From Methanobacteriota archaeon (GTDB lineage: Archaea > Halobacteriota > Bog-38 > Methanoflorentales > Methanoflorentaceae), in NCBI GenBank assembly GCA_963720465.1, contig OY970393.1, positions 1,184,001 to 1,248,000 of the forward strand: a stretch of 64,000 bases of DNA. The letters are read 5' to 3'. This document shows positions 39,065 to 49,799 of this stretch, in pieces. The first letter of the stretch is position 1; each line of letters starts with the position of its first letter. The position numbers and the translations under genes were made by a program. The notes under the pieces were generated by a model, which saw only the letters and a program-made list of their open reading frames with translations, was not told the origin of the DNA and ran no database searches.

Positions 39065-39883
39065 TTAGTGCTGGATGTTATTTGCGCTGAATCGGATGTT
39101 TCGGGCTCTTTTCTGGCTCAAATATTTCTTAATCAAAAACATACCGATCCGCAACCCGTCTCTGACAGACGACAGCTTAGCCGGATTTTCTCGTCGTGCA
39201 CGGTAATTGATGGGGATTTCCGCTATATGAAACCCGTTGCGCGTACATTCGGCAAGCATGTCTACTTCAATTGCAAACCCCTCAGCAGAGAGCTCTAAGC
39301 CTCTTATTGCTTGGCCTCGATAGCCCCATAGCCCACTGCAGACGTCGCTAATCTGCACATTGAAAAGCAGCCGAGCGAGAAGCGTGAGGAGTTTGTTCCC
39401 CACGACGTTCAGTGTGGTCATGGCTCCCGGCTCAATGGTGCCTTTGAGCCGGGATCCGATGACAACGTCGTATCTCTTGAGCAGGCACGTAATCTCCGTC
39501 GCCAAATCGATCGGGTACGTATCGTCCCCGTCAACCATAATCGCGTAGTCGGCATCAATAGATTTAAACGCCGTTTGAATGGCTGATCCCTTTCCCCTCC
39601 GCTCTTCGAGTATGATTGTCGCACCCTTTTCGACAGCGATCTCCCTCGTGTTATCGGTGGATTGGCCGTCGATCACGTACACCGCAGTTTCGAGCCCCCT
39701 CTTCGAGAGGTCGGCAACGGGTACGTCGTCGATGACCGTGCCGATTGAGCGTTCCTCGTTCAACGTCGGAATGACGACTGCTAAGGTCTCCATTAACTCG
39801 TCTGTTCGCTGATCGTGCGGTATCGTCCGTGGCATCTGCGATTTCCCCCCTTGATCACGCCGATTTGCTCGTCGGTTGCTCAC
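39065..39883 (-). CDS. Glycosyltransferase family 2 (polyprenol-phosphate glycosyltransferase-like), paralog A
   Basis: VIPTLNEE, DGQSTD, GKG, DGDDTY and DVVIGSR motifs. Start may be 39835 or 39793. Confidence 0.92.
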   Translation of the reverse strand: MSNRRANRRDQGGKSQMPRTIPHDQRTDELMETLAVVIPTLNEERSIGTVIDDVPVADLSKRGLETAVYVIDGQSTDNTREIAVEKGATIILEERRGKGSAIQTAFKSIDADYAIMVDGDDTYPIDLATEITCLLKRYDVVIGSRLKGTIEPGAMTTLNVVGNKLLTLLARLLFNVQISDVCSGLWGYRGQAIRGLELSAEGFAIEVDMLAECTRNGFHIAEIPINYRARRENPAKLSSVRDGLRIGMFLIKKYLSQKRARNIRFSANNIQH

Positions 39884-40706
39884 TTCAGCAGCGTCAAGCT
39901 CTGCGTGCTTGTTTACGTTTGGGCCACCGCTGCGAAGACGTTTCTCCGCATTAGTGCGTCAAATCTTAAGTATTGCTAAAGTATTTAAAAGTTGCTACTA
40001 TTTGTTAATAATTTAAATTCGTGTTAAAAACAGCAGAACCAAGGGTAATTTGTCAAGTCCTGCTTCTTGCTACGTACTTACCTCAAGGTCCGTCTCCTAG
40101 CCTAAGACCTAGTGTCAAAGGCTCAACTTTTCCTGAAATGCAAAAGAAGCCAGGTGACTGATTGTCGATCCTCCGCCCGAATGTCTTTGTCTCGTGGAGG
40201 GCGGCTGTTCACTTTTAGTCGTAGGCATGCCCTCATTATTACCGGCCTGCAGCAACGCCGCTTAGCCCAACTAGTGATCTGGCAAAAGTAGCTATACGAA
40301 CTATTCGCGTGCGCAGCACGCAAGGAGCTACAGACAGCTCAAAAAAACGTCATAAGCACCGAAGCCCGGTTCTCCTAGAAAGCGATCTAGATCCTCGCGT
40401 AGATACAGCGCTCAAAAAAGCCGTGAACGCCAAAAAAGGCCTGTAGAAGCATTTGCAAACGAAACACGGCTTACAAACCGTGGTTTATCCAATTGTCTGC
40501 TAAGCTACAAAAATCAAAAATTTATCGAACACCGAATCGCGTCCGAGTTGCTGATGACAATGCGGCAACTGAGCCGCCGATCAAAGACCAGCATGATCGC
40601 ACAGCTCTTAAGAATTCACCAAGGATGCGGAGTGGGTCAGCAGTCGAATTGCGACCAACCCGACAGTACCTCACTTCGCTCTTCGGCAGTCCTCAGATAG
40701 ACAAGC

Positions 40707-41054
40707 TCAAATGTATCGGTGTAGGTATGGGTCCCAGATCTGTTGAACCGGACGAACGGAACTGTATTGAACCGGATGAGCGGACGTCACGACGCAGCAT
40801 GCCACTGCCGTGCACGGTGTGGTCGGGCAGGGTGCGGCCGCACTCGCAGTCGGACACGTCATGGTGCCCGGACAGCTGCAGCACGTTGAGGTCTTACAGC
40901 TCGTGCACTGAGCGCATGTCGTTGCTGCGCAGCTCGAGGTTGTAGCCGCGGTTGTAGCGGCATTTGTAGCCGAGCACTGCGCTGACACGTTTATCGCCGC
41001 GAACAGTGAAAGTACTGCGAATAGCGCCAATACCGGGATGAGTACTTTTCTCAT
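40707..41054 (-). CDS. Small secreted Cys/Thr/Ala-rich protein
   Basis: AGGAG RBS, signal peptide MRKVLIPVLALFAVLSLFAAINVSA, and a mature part with 13 Cys. Confidence 0.7.
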   Translation of the reverse strand: MRKVLIPVLALFAVLSLFAAINVSAQCSATNAATTAATTSSCAATTCAQCTSCKTSTCCSCPGTMTCPTASAAAPCPTTPCTAVACCVVTSAHPVQYSSVRPVQQIWDPYLHRYI

Positions 41055-41795
41055 ATTCTTTTCTCCTGTCTTAAGCGCTTGATGTTTCCCGTCGGGATCA
41101 AGCCCATTCAATCATTCGCTTACTACTATATCTGTCGTCGGCGTGCCTTCACGCAAGTTTCCAGAAGTACTGAACTTCCTTGGCTTTGGGTGCTTACAAT
41201 TCCTCGAGCTGATATATATATATTTTGCCCGCTCTTATATCATATTGCTAAGAAATGCACATGTTGCTATAAAATAACAATGCGGCGAAGACGGGATCTC
41301 ATCGGGTGGAAAGCACTCGCAAGGCGCCATCTCACTGAACCGAACACCGACGTAGTGCTGCGCTTTTGTTGATATAAACGATTTCAACCGTCTCAGGTAT
41401 CCACGTCGTTGTTTAGTGCGTGGACGGTGCCTTGCCGCCTGGCCATACCAGTGCTCCTGTGCGCCCAGCGCCGCCTGCTCGAGCAACGAGCCTTTATTGA
41501 TTCGCGCGTGCAGATGTGGGACGCCCGCACCACGATTTTTGTTTCGTGCTGCCTTTGGCCTGCACGATGCCAACGCAGGCGCGTGTGCGTGCTCCGCTGT
41601 TGCCCCCGTCGTACGCACTGGTTACAGAACACGTCCTAAAGCGACGAAAACGAGACAGCGTCGGGTAGGGTCGCTCGCTTATCGGATGCATCGGCGCACA
41701 CTGTCGAGCACCGTTTAAACCCATGACGAGAGTCCGGCGCAACGGGGTTGCCAAGTTAACGTTATAATAAGGGAGCGAGCATAGCGTGAACCACA

Positions 41796-43055
41796 ATGGC
41801 CGATCCTGATAGATCCCGTGTCGTCCGATACGTCGCGCTCGCTGCCATTGTGCTCGTGGTGGTAGCACTTGTCTTTCCGATAGCGGACGGCCTGAGCGTT
41901 GCGGGCTTCTTCGGTAACAAGACGTACCTGCTCATCTTGCAGGACAACGATGAAATCCGCGGTACGGGCGGGTTAATGTCGGTTATGGGACTGGTTACCA
42001 TGCATGACGGAAATATTGCGAGCCTGCAGTACTATTACGGCGGCTCGCCTGAGCTGCAGGCGGTCGTCCAACTAGACGGACCAGCGAGCTTTACGAACTT
42101 CTTCGGCGTTAACGCCGCTAACCTATCTGATTCAAATGTGCAGTACAATTTCGCTTCATTCGCTCCCAAGCTGGAGTCGGATTTCTACAACGTGACGCAA
42201 CACAAGGTCGACGGCGTTGTAGCCGTTGACTTCACGGCGGTTGAAGCAATCATGAACATAACGGGCCCCGTCACGGTATCCGGCGACGTCATAACGAGCA
42301 GGAACGTGGCTACTCGCCTACAATTCGATGCAGGGCCTTTTTGGAACTCGACGCCCGGATTAATGTCGGCGCTTACGTTCGACCTCGCCGGGCTCATCCG
42401 TGATTCGAGCGTTCCACAGAAACTGGCGCTGTACACCACGTTGCAAACGTTGGAAAACGAAGGACACGTGCTCATCTATCCCAGTCAGGGATTCTGGTTC
42501 CGAAGCACCGGCAGCGAGAGCGCGCCGTCAGGAGCGGACTCCATCTCCGTGGTCGACATGAATTTAGCCGCGGGAAAGGCAGATTTCAGCGTGAACCGGA
42601 CGATCGACTACAACGTGCAACTCTTTTCTGACGGCTCGGCCGTCTCCACGCTGACGCTCACGTACGCAAACGGGTGTTGGTGGGGCTATGGCGTGTTCTC
42701 CACCGCCCTCGTCCCGCCTAACGCTGAGCTCATCTCGGTGCAGAACACCACGTCCGCGTTCAAGGGCCCTGAGGTGACGTACGGGGACGGCTTCACCGCT
42801 CTTTCGTCGAGCCTTAATGTGTCTGCCCACACGACCCAGAGCGTGACATACACGTATACGCAGCCAAACGTGGTCTCCGCAAGCGGGATAGCGCACCACT
42901 ACGACCTGTACATCCAAAAACAAGCGGGTATCACCAGCTACGTCCTGAATGTCAGCGTCCAGCTTCCGGCCGGTGCGACGATGGTCCACGCTGAAAACGT
43001 TGGCTCGAACCAGGTGTTTACAGGCGATGCGCACGTGAGCGTCGTGTACATGTAG
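41796..43055 (+). CDS. DUF4012 domain protein, membrane-anchored
   Basis: YLLILQDNDEIRGTGG, VDGVVAVD...GPVTV, N..AGKAD and YDLYIQKQAG match the DUF4012 signatures. N-terminal TM segment. Confidence 0.8.
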   Translation: MADPDRSRVVRYVALAAIVLVVVALVFPIADGLSVAGFFGNKTYLLILQDNDEIRGTGGLMSVMGLVTMHDGNIASLQYYYGGSPELQAVVQLDGPASFTNFFGVNAANLSDSNVQYNFASFAPKLESDFYNVTQHKVDGVVAVDFTAVEAIMNITGPVTVSGDVITSRNVATRLQFDAGPFWNSTPGLMSALTFDLAGLIRDSSVPQKLALYTTLQTLENEGHVLIYPSQGFWFRSTGSESAPSGADSISVVDMNLAAGKADFSVNRTIDYNVQLFSDGSAVSTLTLTYANGCWWGYGVFSTALVPPNAELISVQNTTSAFKGPEVTYGDGFTALSSSLNVSAHTTQSVTYTYTQPNVVSASGIAHHYDLYIQKQAGITSYVLNVSVQLPAGATMVHAENVGSNQVFTGDAHVSVVYM

Positions 43056-43063
43056 GGGATCTC

Positions 43064-43636
43064 GTGAACGCGAAACAAGGCGCGGCACTGGCACTCATCG
43101 TTCTTCTCGTCGTCGTCGCGCTCGCTGCGAGCGCAGATTTTCTTTTGGCTGCGCCTACCAACGTCACGTATGCCGTGCCGGCTTCGGCGGTGCGCGCATC
43201 GTTGGGCGAGACCGCGAGCGACGGGACGATCGCGCTGCGGTTAAACAGCATCAGCGATGCGTCAAATCCTGCGACTGCGAGCGTGTGGACCGAGTTTAAC
43301 AATGAATCAAACGTAGCCGGCGTGTATTTCTTCTCGTTGACCCCCCCTCCTGCGAGCCGCTATCTCGTCGCCAACGTCACCGTCACGAACGTGCACCACA
43401 CGAAAATTCCCTTTGACTACGGAGAGTTCGTGTTGATCGCACGAGACGGCACAGCCTACTATCCGAACTACGCCGTATGCAACACTGGATGCAGCGTGAA
43501 CGCACTTGGAAACCGTGAACTGGGCAAGGCCTTCACGAGCGATGTATACGTGCTCTTTTCGGTGCCGTCAGCGGCACAGCCAATGCAGATAGCGTACACC
43601 GGAGCTACCCCACCCATTGTGATGTCATCGACCTGA
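43064..43636 (+). CDS. DUF4352-like secreted Ig-fold protein
   Basis: N-terminal TM or signal segment, YLVANVTVTN, F.L...DG..Y and VLFSVP patterns. Directly downstream of the DUF4012 gene. Confidence 0.65.
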   Translation: MNAKQGAALALIVLLVVVALAASADFLLAAPTNVTYAVPASAVRASLGETASDGTIALRLNSISDASNPATASVWTEFNNESNVAGVYFFSLTPPPASRYLVANVTVTNVHHTKIPFDYGEFVLIARDGTAYYPNYAVCNTGCSVNALGNRELGKAFTSDVYVLFSVPSAAQPMQIAYTGATPPIVMSST

Positions 43637-45147
43637 ACCGCCACCGAGCCGTTCGCGCGGGTGCAGCTTCACGCCTGACGTGGAGGTCTATCAACGCCTG
43701 CATTAATCCCAAACCGTTGGACGCAATTAATCAATGACGTGCCCCTGCACTAGCAGAAGCTTTTCAGGCCCGACCCTGGAGTGTACCACCACTGGAACCC
43801 TCACGTCGTCGCAGTACTTTTTAACCCGAGGTATACGAAGCAGGCGCAAGCAACACTCTGATGCGGGCCCCCTTCTGCCGCTGCACTTCAGTGCGTTCTC
43901 TCTAGGTGAACAGGGTCCCTAAGAGGTGCTCGGCTGGGTGTCAGCAGAAGCACGCTTCGTCGCCTATGCATGAAGCTAGGAAGATGTGATAAAGGAAATA
44001 GAAAATAAGCGGCAAACACGCAAAAAAGAGGATATTACGACATACCGTTTAGATAATAGCCGTTTCAAGCTCAGGTCGTATTCAAATTATTCCTCAGCTC
44101 TTTATTCTTCACTTGAAACTTTGGACCGAGCATCGACATCACACGTCGCGCGCTGCTTCTGAGCAGCGATGGTGGCTTCAAACGCTTCACCGTGACTGCA
44201 AGCGCTCGGATTGGTCACGCCAATGGGTTATGCGCTCGTCGAACCCCTACAACATGTGGCCAATCGCTCTTCGGAAGCTCGTCTCTCGTTCAACCAGTGC
44301 GTTCAGTTCGTTATTTCTATTCTTAAACTTCCTCCAGATACCAGTCTAAGAACGCTCGAAACTCTGCCAAAGATATTTCGCGCCGCATGCTCACGCACGT
44401 CGTTCCCGGTAAGTCGTCTATGAGCCGGGTGAGGACTTCTGCGACCTCATAGTTACAAAAAACATTGTGGTCCATGTCTGGCATCCAATCACCTCTTTTT
44501 ACTCAGTTTCTGTCCTAGGCGCGCTCACGCGCCACCCCAAATCGTTGACAGCGCAGCAGATACCTTGCCACGCGCACGTGCATGCGCCTTTATATTCGCG
44601 TCCAACGCGTCAATGTACGCCAGCGTTTCTCTTAAGAGAGCCTCCGCTCGTTCTTCCTCATCTTCCATAGAAAAACCTCTTAATTGTCCGTCAATCGTCC
44701 TAGCTACCCATTGCTTTCAAACGCCATTGTCGCGCCGCTGCACGTGAGATTTCGCAGTCTTGCAACCTCCCGCTCACCCATCGATGCAGTTGACGGGGAT
44801 ACGGGCTCAAAAAAAGGTTCCTGCGAGGGCTTCACATACAAGACCATTCGGCGCACCTCTTACCATCCTCCCTTGAATTATCGCCTCAGCTGCGAAGACG
44901 TTTCTCCGCGCTGGTGCATCGAATCTTAACTATTATCAAAGTATTTAAAAGTTGCTACAATTTATCAATAGTTTCCTTATATAAGAATGGACCCGAGAGC
45001 CAAGAGTTATCCGGATACCGCCGTATGCTGTTCAGCTGAAACCTTGCGATGTTATTCATCTCCCGTGCGCCAACAGGTCTCCTCAGCCCAACCAAAACCA
45101 CGGCGATGACCACCCCTACAAAAACGTTTCGGTCATAGGCAGCACTG

Positions 45148-45873
45148 CTACCAGGGACCAAGCGCCTGGTTCAAACGTCGCTTGCACAAAAAAAGCCCGA
45201 TTTTGATGCCGTCTCTCAGTGACGACAGCTTCGGTTGATCCACACGGGCGCGGTAGGTGATCGGGATTTCTGCGATGCGCAAGCCTTTCCTCACGCACTC
45301 AGCGAACATATCGGCTTCAATTTCAAAGCCGTTGGCTGCGAGCTCCAAGCGTCGAACCGCGTCGCTTCGGTAGCCCCAGAACCCCGTGCACACGTCGCTG
45401 ATGTGCACGCCAAACAGCGCCCGCGCAAGGAGCGAGAGCAGGGTGTTCCCCACAACGTTGAGTCTGGTCATGGCCCCCGGCTCGATGGTGCCTTTCAGCC
45501 GTGATCCGATGACAACGTCATATGTCTTGAGCAGGCGTGTCATCTCCGTCGCCATTTCGATCGGGTACGTATCGTCCCCGTCAACCATGATGGCGTAGTC
45601 GGCGTTGATGAACTTAAACGCCGTTTGAATGGCCTGACCCTTCCCCGGCCGCCCTTCGAGTATGAGTTGGGCACCCTTGTCGACGACGATCTTCCGTGTG
45701 TTATCAGTGGATTGCCCGTCGATCACGTACACGGAAGTTTTTAACCCGTTCTGCCAGAGGTCGGTAACAGGCACCCCGTCGATGACTTTACCGATCGAGC
45801 GCTCCTCGTTTAACGTTGGAATGATAACTGCTACTGACTCCATCGCCTCGCCGTCTAGCACCCCCGTGGGCAC
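45148..45873 (-). CDS. Glycosyltransferase family 2, paralog B
   Basis: Same GT2 motifs and high similarity to paralogs A and C. Confidence 0.92.
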   Translation of the reverse strand: MPTGVLDGEAMESVAVIIPTLNEERSIGKVIDGVPVTDLWQNGLKTSVYVIDGQSTDNTRKIVVDKGAQLILEGRPGKGQAIQTAFKFINADYAIMVDGDDTYPIEMATEMTRLLKTYDVVIGSRLKGTIEPGAMTRLNVVGNTLLSLLARALFGVHISDVCTGFWGYRSDAVRRLELAANGFEIEADMFAECVRKGLRIAEIPITYRARVDQPKLSSLRDGIKIGLFLCKRRLNQALGPW

Positions 45874-46136
45874 TAGCGATCCCCCCTTTTATCATGCCTG
45901 ATTTGATTGTCCGTTGCTCAGTTCAGTAGCGTCAAATTGCCCAATTCGTTAGAAAGTACTTAATAGAGACAATTTCAATTACTTAAGCGATGCGGTTCCG
46001 CTGCCGCGAAAGGCGGTGAATATCGCGTTAGAAACACAACATTAGATAGGGCACGACGATCGACTCGCGCTCCGGATCTCCTTTTTTGCGAAGCGCGGAT
46101 GTCCCGACAATAAGCACCAATAATATCTGCCCCTGT

Positions 46137-46625
46137 TTAATCAGCGTGGCGTGATCGTTTTCGCCCGTTGCCGCTTTCTTCGGGCTCAAGCAACAGCTCG
46201 GTATCGCCATCGTGCTGCAGTCCGGGTATGAGGGTCATCCTTCTTGTGGCCTTCGCATCCTTAAGCTCGCTCTCGCTTCGGATGCGGGGCCCGGCAAACT
46301 CTCGGGCAAGCTCAGCGCGTGTCTTCAGCTCCAGCTCCACGAGCTTCGGCGTCGTGACATCGGAAAAATCACGTTTGTCGAGCTCCGCCGTGATGTGCTT
46401 GAGCCTCGCGCTCAGGCGTTCGATACGTGCTTGCGTCGTCGTCCAGTACGCCTCGCGCAAGGCGTCGAGTTCCATCGCCTTGAGGTTTTCGACTTCCTCG
46501 ACATGCTCCTTCAGCCAATTCGCCACCGTCTGTCTCTGCACGCCGACCTTGTCTGCGATCGTCGCAAGTGATTCTCCCTGCGCACGCAGTTTGAAGCTCC
46601 TGAGCTTCGTCTCTGTATCCTTCAT
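46137..46625 (-). CDS. Helix-turn-helix protein with helical C-terminus
   Basis: LRAQGESLATIADKVGVQRQTVANWLKE is a classical HTH. GGAG RBS. Confidence 0.75.
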   Translation of the reverse strand: MKDTETKLRSFKLRAQGESLATIADKVGVQRQTVANWLKEHVEEVENLKAMELDALREAYWTTTQARIERLSARLKHITAELDKRDFSDVTTPKLVELELKTRAELAREFAGPRIRSESELKDAKATRRMTLIPGLQHDGDTELLLEPEESGNGRKRSRHAD

Positions 46626-47481
46626 GGCACGCTCCGTTCATTGTCTGCACCGGAGTACATCACGTCGTTGCGCCACGGGGGAGAGTCACATCCAACACTG
46701 GGCCTAGTGATGCGGGATGCAGCGTCGCTATCGACGCATGCTTGTCGTCTAATGACGTCCGTTAGAATGGTGTTCATATACATCTTGAGCTCCTCCGAGC
46801 AGTGGGCACTCAGTTCTTCCGTGCGTGTTCGACTCGTTTCGTGATCAGCTTTGTGGTGCTGAGCTGCCATCGAGTCTCAGCGACATCAACACGACAGTTC
46901 TGGACAGTCGATTGAGGTCTCGAGGTCGCGGCCTAGATAGTCCTCTCACACGACGATCGACGTTTTTGCGTCTCTTTCATAACTTGCTCCGGGGAGCGAA
47001 TGGTGCGCCACATGGTCATCACGATGCGGCGTCGAATTTTCGGACCACCGCTCCCTATCGTTCATGTCGTGTATCTGCCACCGCATACGAAGCTTTCGGA
47101 TGCAGCGCAAAAGTATCGCATTATCCGCCGTATTGCGGCGTACACATCCTAAATAGCGTTAACGCTACATCGCAGGAGCGGTTGTGCGCGCCAAGACTGC
47201 GACCCGTGCCGCGTAGTTTAAAGCCCCTCGACGAACGACCAATATTAAAATTTCTATTAATTTATAAAAATATATTAATAATAAAAGATGCTGCGTGGGA
47301 GCGGAGCGCAAAAAGGCGAGAGAGTCGCGTTCGAGACCTCGTGCTGAACCGATTACACATGATTGCGAGCCCTTTTCAAAGCACAAAGTGGTTAACTTTC
47401 GGTGCGCTTTTGGTGCGGTTTTTTGTCATCGCGCATCGCGCCGGTTTACGGATCTCCGGCGACCCGTACAAATGGGCGCTT

Positions 47482-48228
47482 TCAGACTCTTTCCGCTTGG
47501 GGGCCGCTGTTCCCCTGTGCCAATTGCAAACGTCGCTTACACAAAAACAGACCGATTCTGATGCCGTCTCTCAGTGACGACAGCTTCGGTTGATCGACGC
47601 GGGCGCGGTACGTGATCGGGATTTCCGCGATGCGCAAGCCTTTCCTCACGCATTCGGCGAACATGTCAGCTTCAATTTCAAAGCCGATGGCCGAAAGATT
47701 CATGCACCGAATCGCGTCGCTTCGGTAAGCCCATAAGCCCGTGCACACGTCGCTGATGGGCACACCATACATCACCCGCGCGAGGAGCGAGAGAAGGGTG
47801 TTCCCAACGACGTTCAGCCTGGGCATAGCTCCCGGCGCTATGGTACCCTTAAGCCGCGATCCTATGATTACGTCGTGTGTCTTGAGCAGGCGTATCATCT
47901 CTGGTGCCATCTCGATCGGATATGTATTGTCTCCGTCAACCATGATGGCGTAATCAGCATGAATGGACTCAAATGCCGTTTGAATGGCCGAACCCTTTCC
48001 TCTCCCGTCTGCGAGTATGACACGGGCACCCTTTTCGACAGCGATCTCCCTGGTATCATCGGTGGACCGTCCGTCAGCCACGTACACGGTAGTTTCAAAC
48101 CCGTTCTCCAAGAGGCGGGCAACCGGCGCGCCGTCAATTACCTTGCCGATTGAACGTGCCTCGTTTAACGTGGGGATGACGACAGCTACCGTCTGCATAG
48201 GCTCGCCTGATATAACATTACGCGTCAC
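47482..48228 (-). CDS. Glycosyltransferase family 2, paralog C
   Basis: VIPTLNEA, DGRSTD and DGDNTY motifs. C-terminus nearly identical to paralog B. Confidence 0.92.
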   Translation of the reverse strand: MTRNVISGEPMQTVAVVIPTLNEARSIGKVIDGAPVARLLENGFETTVYVADGRSTDDTREIAVEKGARVILADGRGKGSAIQTAFESIHADYAIMVDGDNTYPIEMAPEMIRLLKTHDVIIGSRLKGTIAPGAMPRLNVVGNTLLSLLARVMYGVPISDVCTGLWAYRSDAIRCMNLSAIGFEIEADMFAECVRKGLRIAEIPITYRARVDQPKLSSLRDGIRIGLFLCKRRLQLAQGNSGPQAERV

Positions 48229-48616
48229 GGCCTCTACCTCGTTTTGCGCCTTATCACGCGCCGACTACTTAATTCCTTCGCTGCGAACCGCTGACGAGAC
48301 GTCCGCCGCGGTGCCTGACGTCGCACGGAAAAGACGTGGTAAATTGCGCAGCGGAAGGCCCTGCTGTCGGAGCCTAGCCAATGGCAAGAAAAGAGCTATT
48401 AATGGAGAGAATGGTTGCGCCTTCTCTAAACACTTCAAACCTAAGCGACATTAACAAAAAGCCTCATTACAAGGTGGAGCCGGCGCTACTCGAAGCGGAG
48501 CACTGCCGGAGAAAGAAGGTGAAGAGGGCCGTGCCAACCAGCGTTAGGCTGACACAACTTGCGTTTGCAATGTTTGCGCCTTAGGAATTAAAAAATAAAG
48601 AGAAGGGCTATCGCCC

Positions 48617-49353
48617 TTACGACGTGACGAGCACCGAATAAGGAACGGTGTTTACGGTTAGGTCCGCCGGGCTTACGTTGCTCAACACGATGCTACCGGT
48701 TCCCGTCTGAGTTGCTCGGAAGGTGTATCGCTCGGTGCCGCCCGCCCCAACAACTGATGTGTTCGAGGCACCAACGTCGCTCGCAAACGTCTCATTGACC
48801 AACCTAAGGGTAGCGTTGGTGTATTCCAGCTCCCAGTGGTAGCCCGTCGATGGATTCGATAGCTGCTGGATCGTAAAGTTCTGGCCCTTTGAGACGAGCA
48901 CCGCGTTCCCGGTTGAGATCTTGTGCGTTGTACACGTTATCGTGTAGTTGACGCTGTTTGTTGTTTCATTCGCCGGGCTTATGTAGTTGAACGTGACGAC
49001 ACTGGTTCCCGTCTTAGTTCCTTGGAAGGTGAACACGTCTGCCCCGGGCGAGGCACTGGCGTGCTGCCGGTGATGTAGGCGCGATTGACTAACGTAATGG
49101 TTGAGTTGTCATAGGTCGGCTCCCAGTGGTAGCCGGTCGATGGATTCGATTGCAGCTGCATCGTGAAGTTCTGCCCCTGCATGACGTTGATGTCGGTTGC
49201 GTTACCAAGCGCCGTCCCGTTACCCGCGACAGTCGTCGTTGAGCCCGGGCTTGGGCTTGGCGATGTAGACGATGTGCACCCTGCGCAAACGACCGCAAAT
49301 GCGAGTGAGACCACGACAATCAAACTCGCCATTACAGTCTTTTTCATTTTCAT
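48617..49353 (-). CDS. Lipoprotein with two chagasin/I42 cysteine-protease-inhibitor domains, frameshifted near 49055
   Basis: Lipobox CAGC, two SNPSTGYHWE motifs and GAGG. Split over ORFs 48979-49353 and 48617-49036; adding one base restores ...PVASPGADVFTF. Confidence 0.82.
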
Positions 49354-49799
49354 ACTCCCTGGTTATGTGTTTCAATGTGAGACACACGAAATAACCACAC
49401 TTAATCGTTTCCACTCGTGCGCGCTTTTTAGATATTTGCGGCGGAAAAACCGGGGCTGAACGCTCGTGTGGTGACGTCGACGAATTCCGTCACAAGGCGT
49501 CACTAGAAGACCGCAAGGGCGGAGGGCGCCGTGAGCAAAATGAGAACGACGCTGAGACAATCCATAATATCCAAACTAAAGCCGTCAAAATGCGCTTGTC
49601 CGCGGGCCGCGACTCGACTCGTTCCCTGATCTCGTCTCCCCACTCCTCAGCGAACGTGCTTAGGTGTGAATGGATAAAATGGCACTTCCACCGAGCTAAG
49701 GAAATCTTCTTGTTTCGCGCCCTCAGAGTTTGGAGCAAAATCGGAACCATTAAGTTTGTGGCGCTTAAATGGCTACGCTCTGACGCGCAAGTGAGCACA

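Noticed and set aside
41340-41700. PQQ beta-propeller-like fragment (GTVHALN)
   Set aside because: A single short motif, insufficient evidence.
46825-47577. 250-aa plus-strand ORF
   Set aside because: No RBS or motif, it crosses an AT-rich promoter-like tract and overlaps GT2 antisense. Probably spurious.
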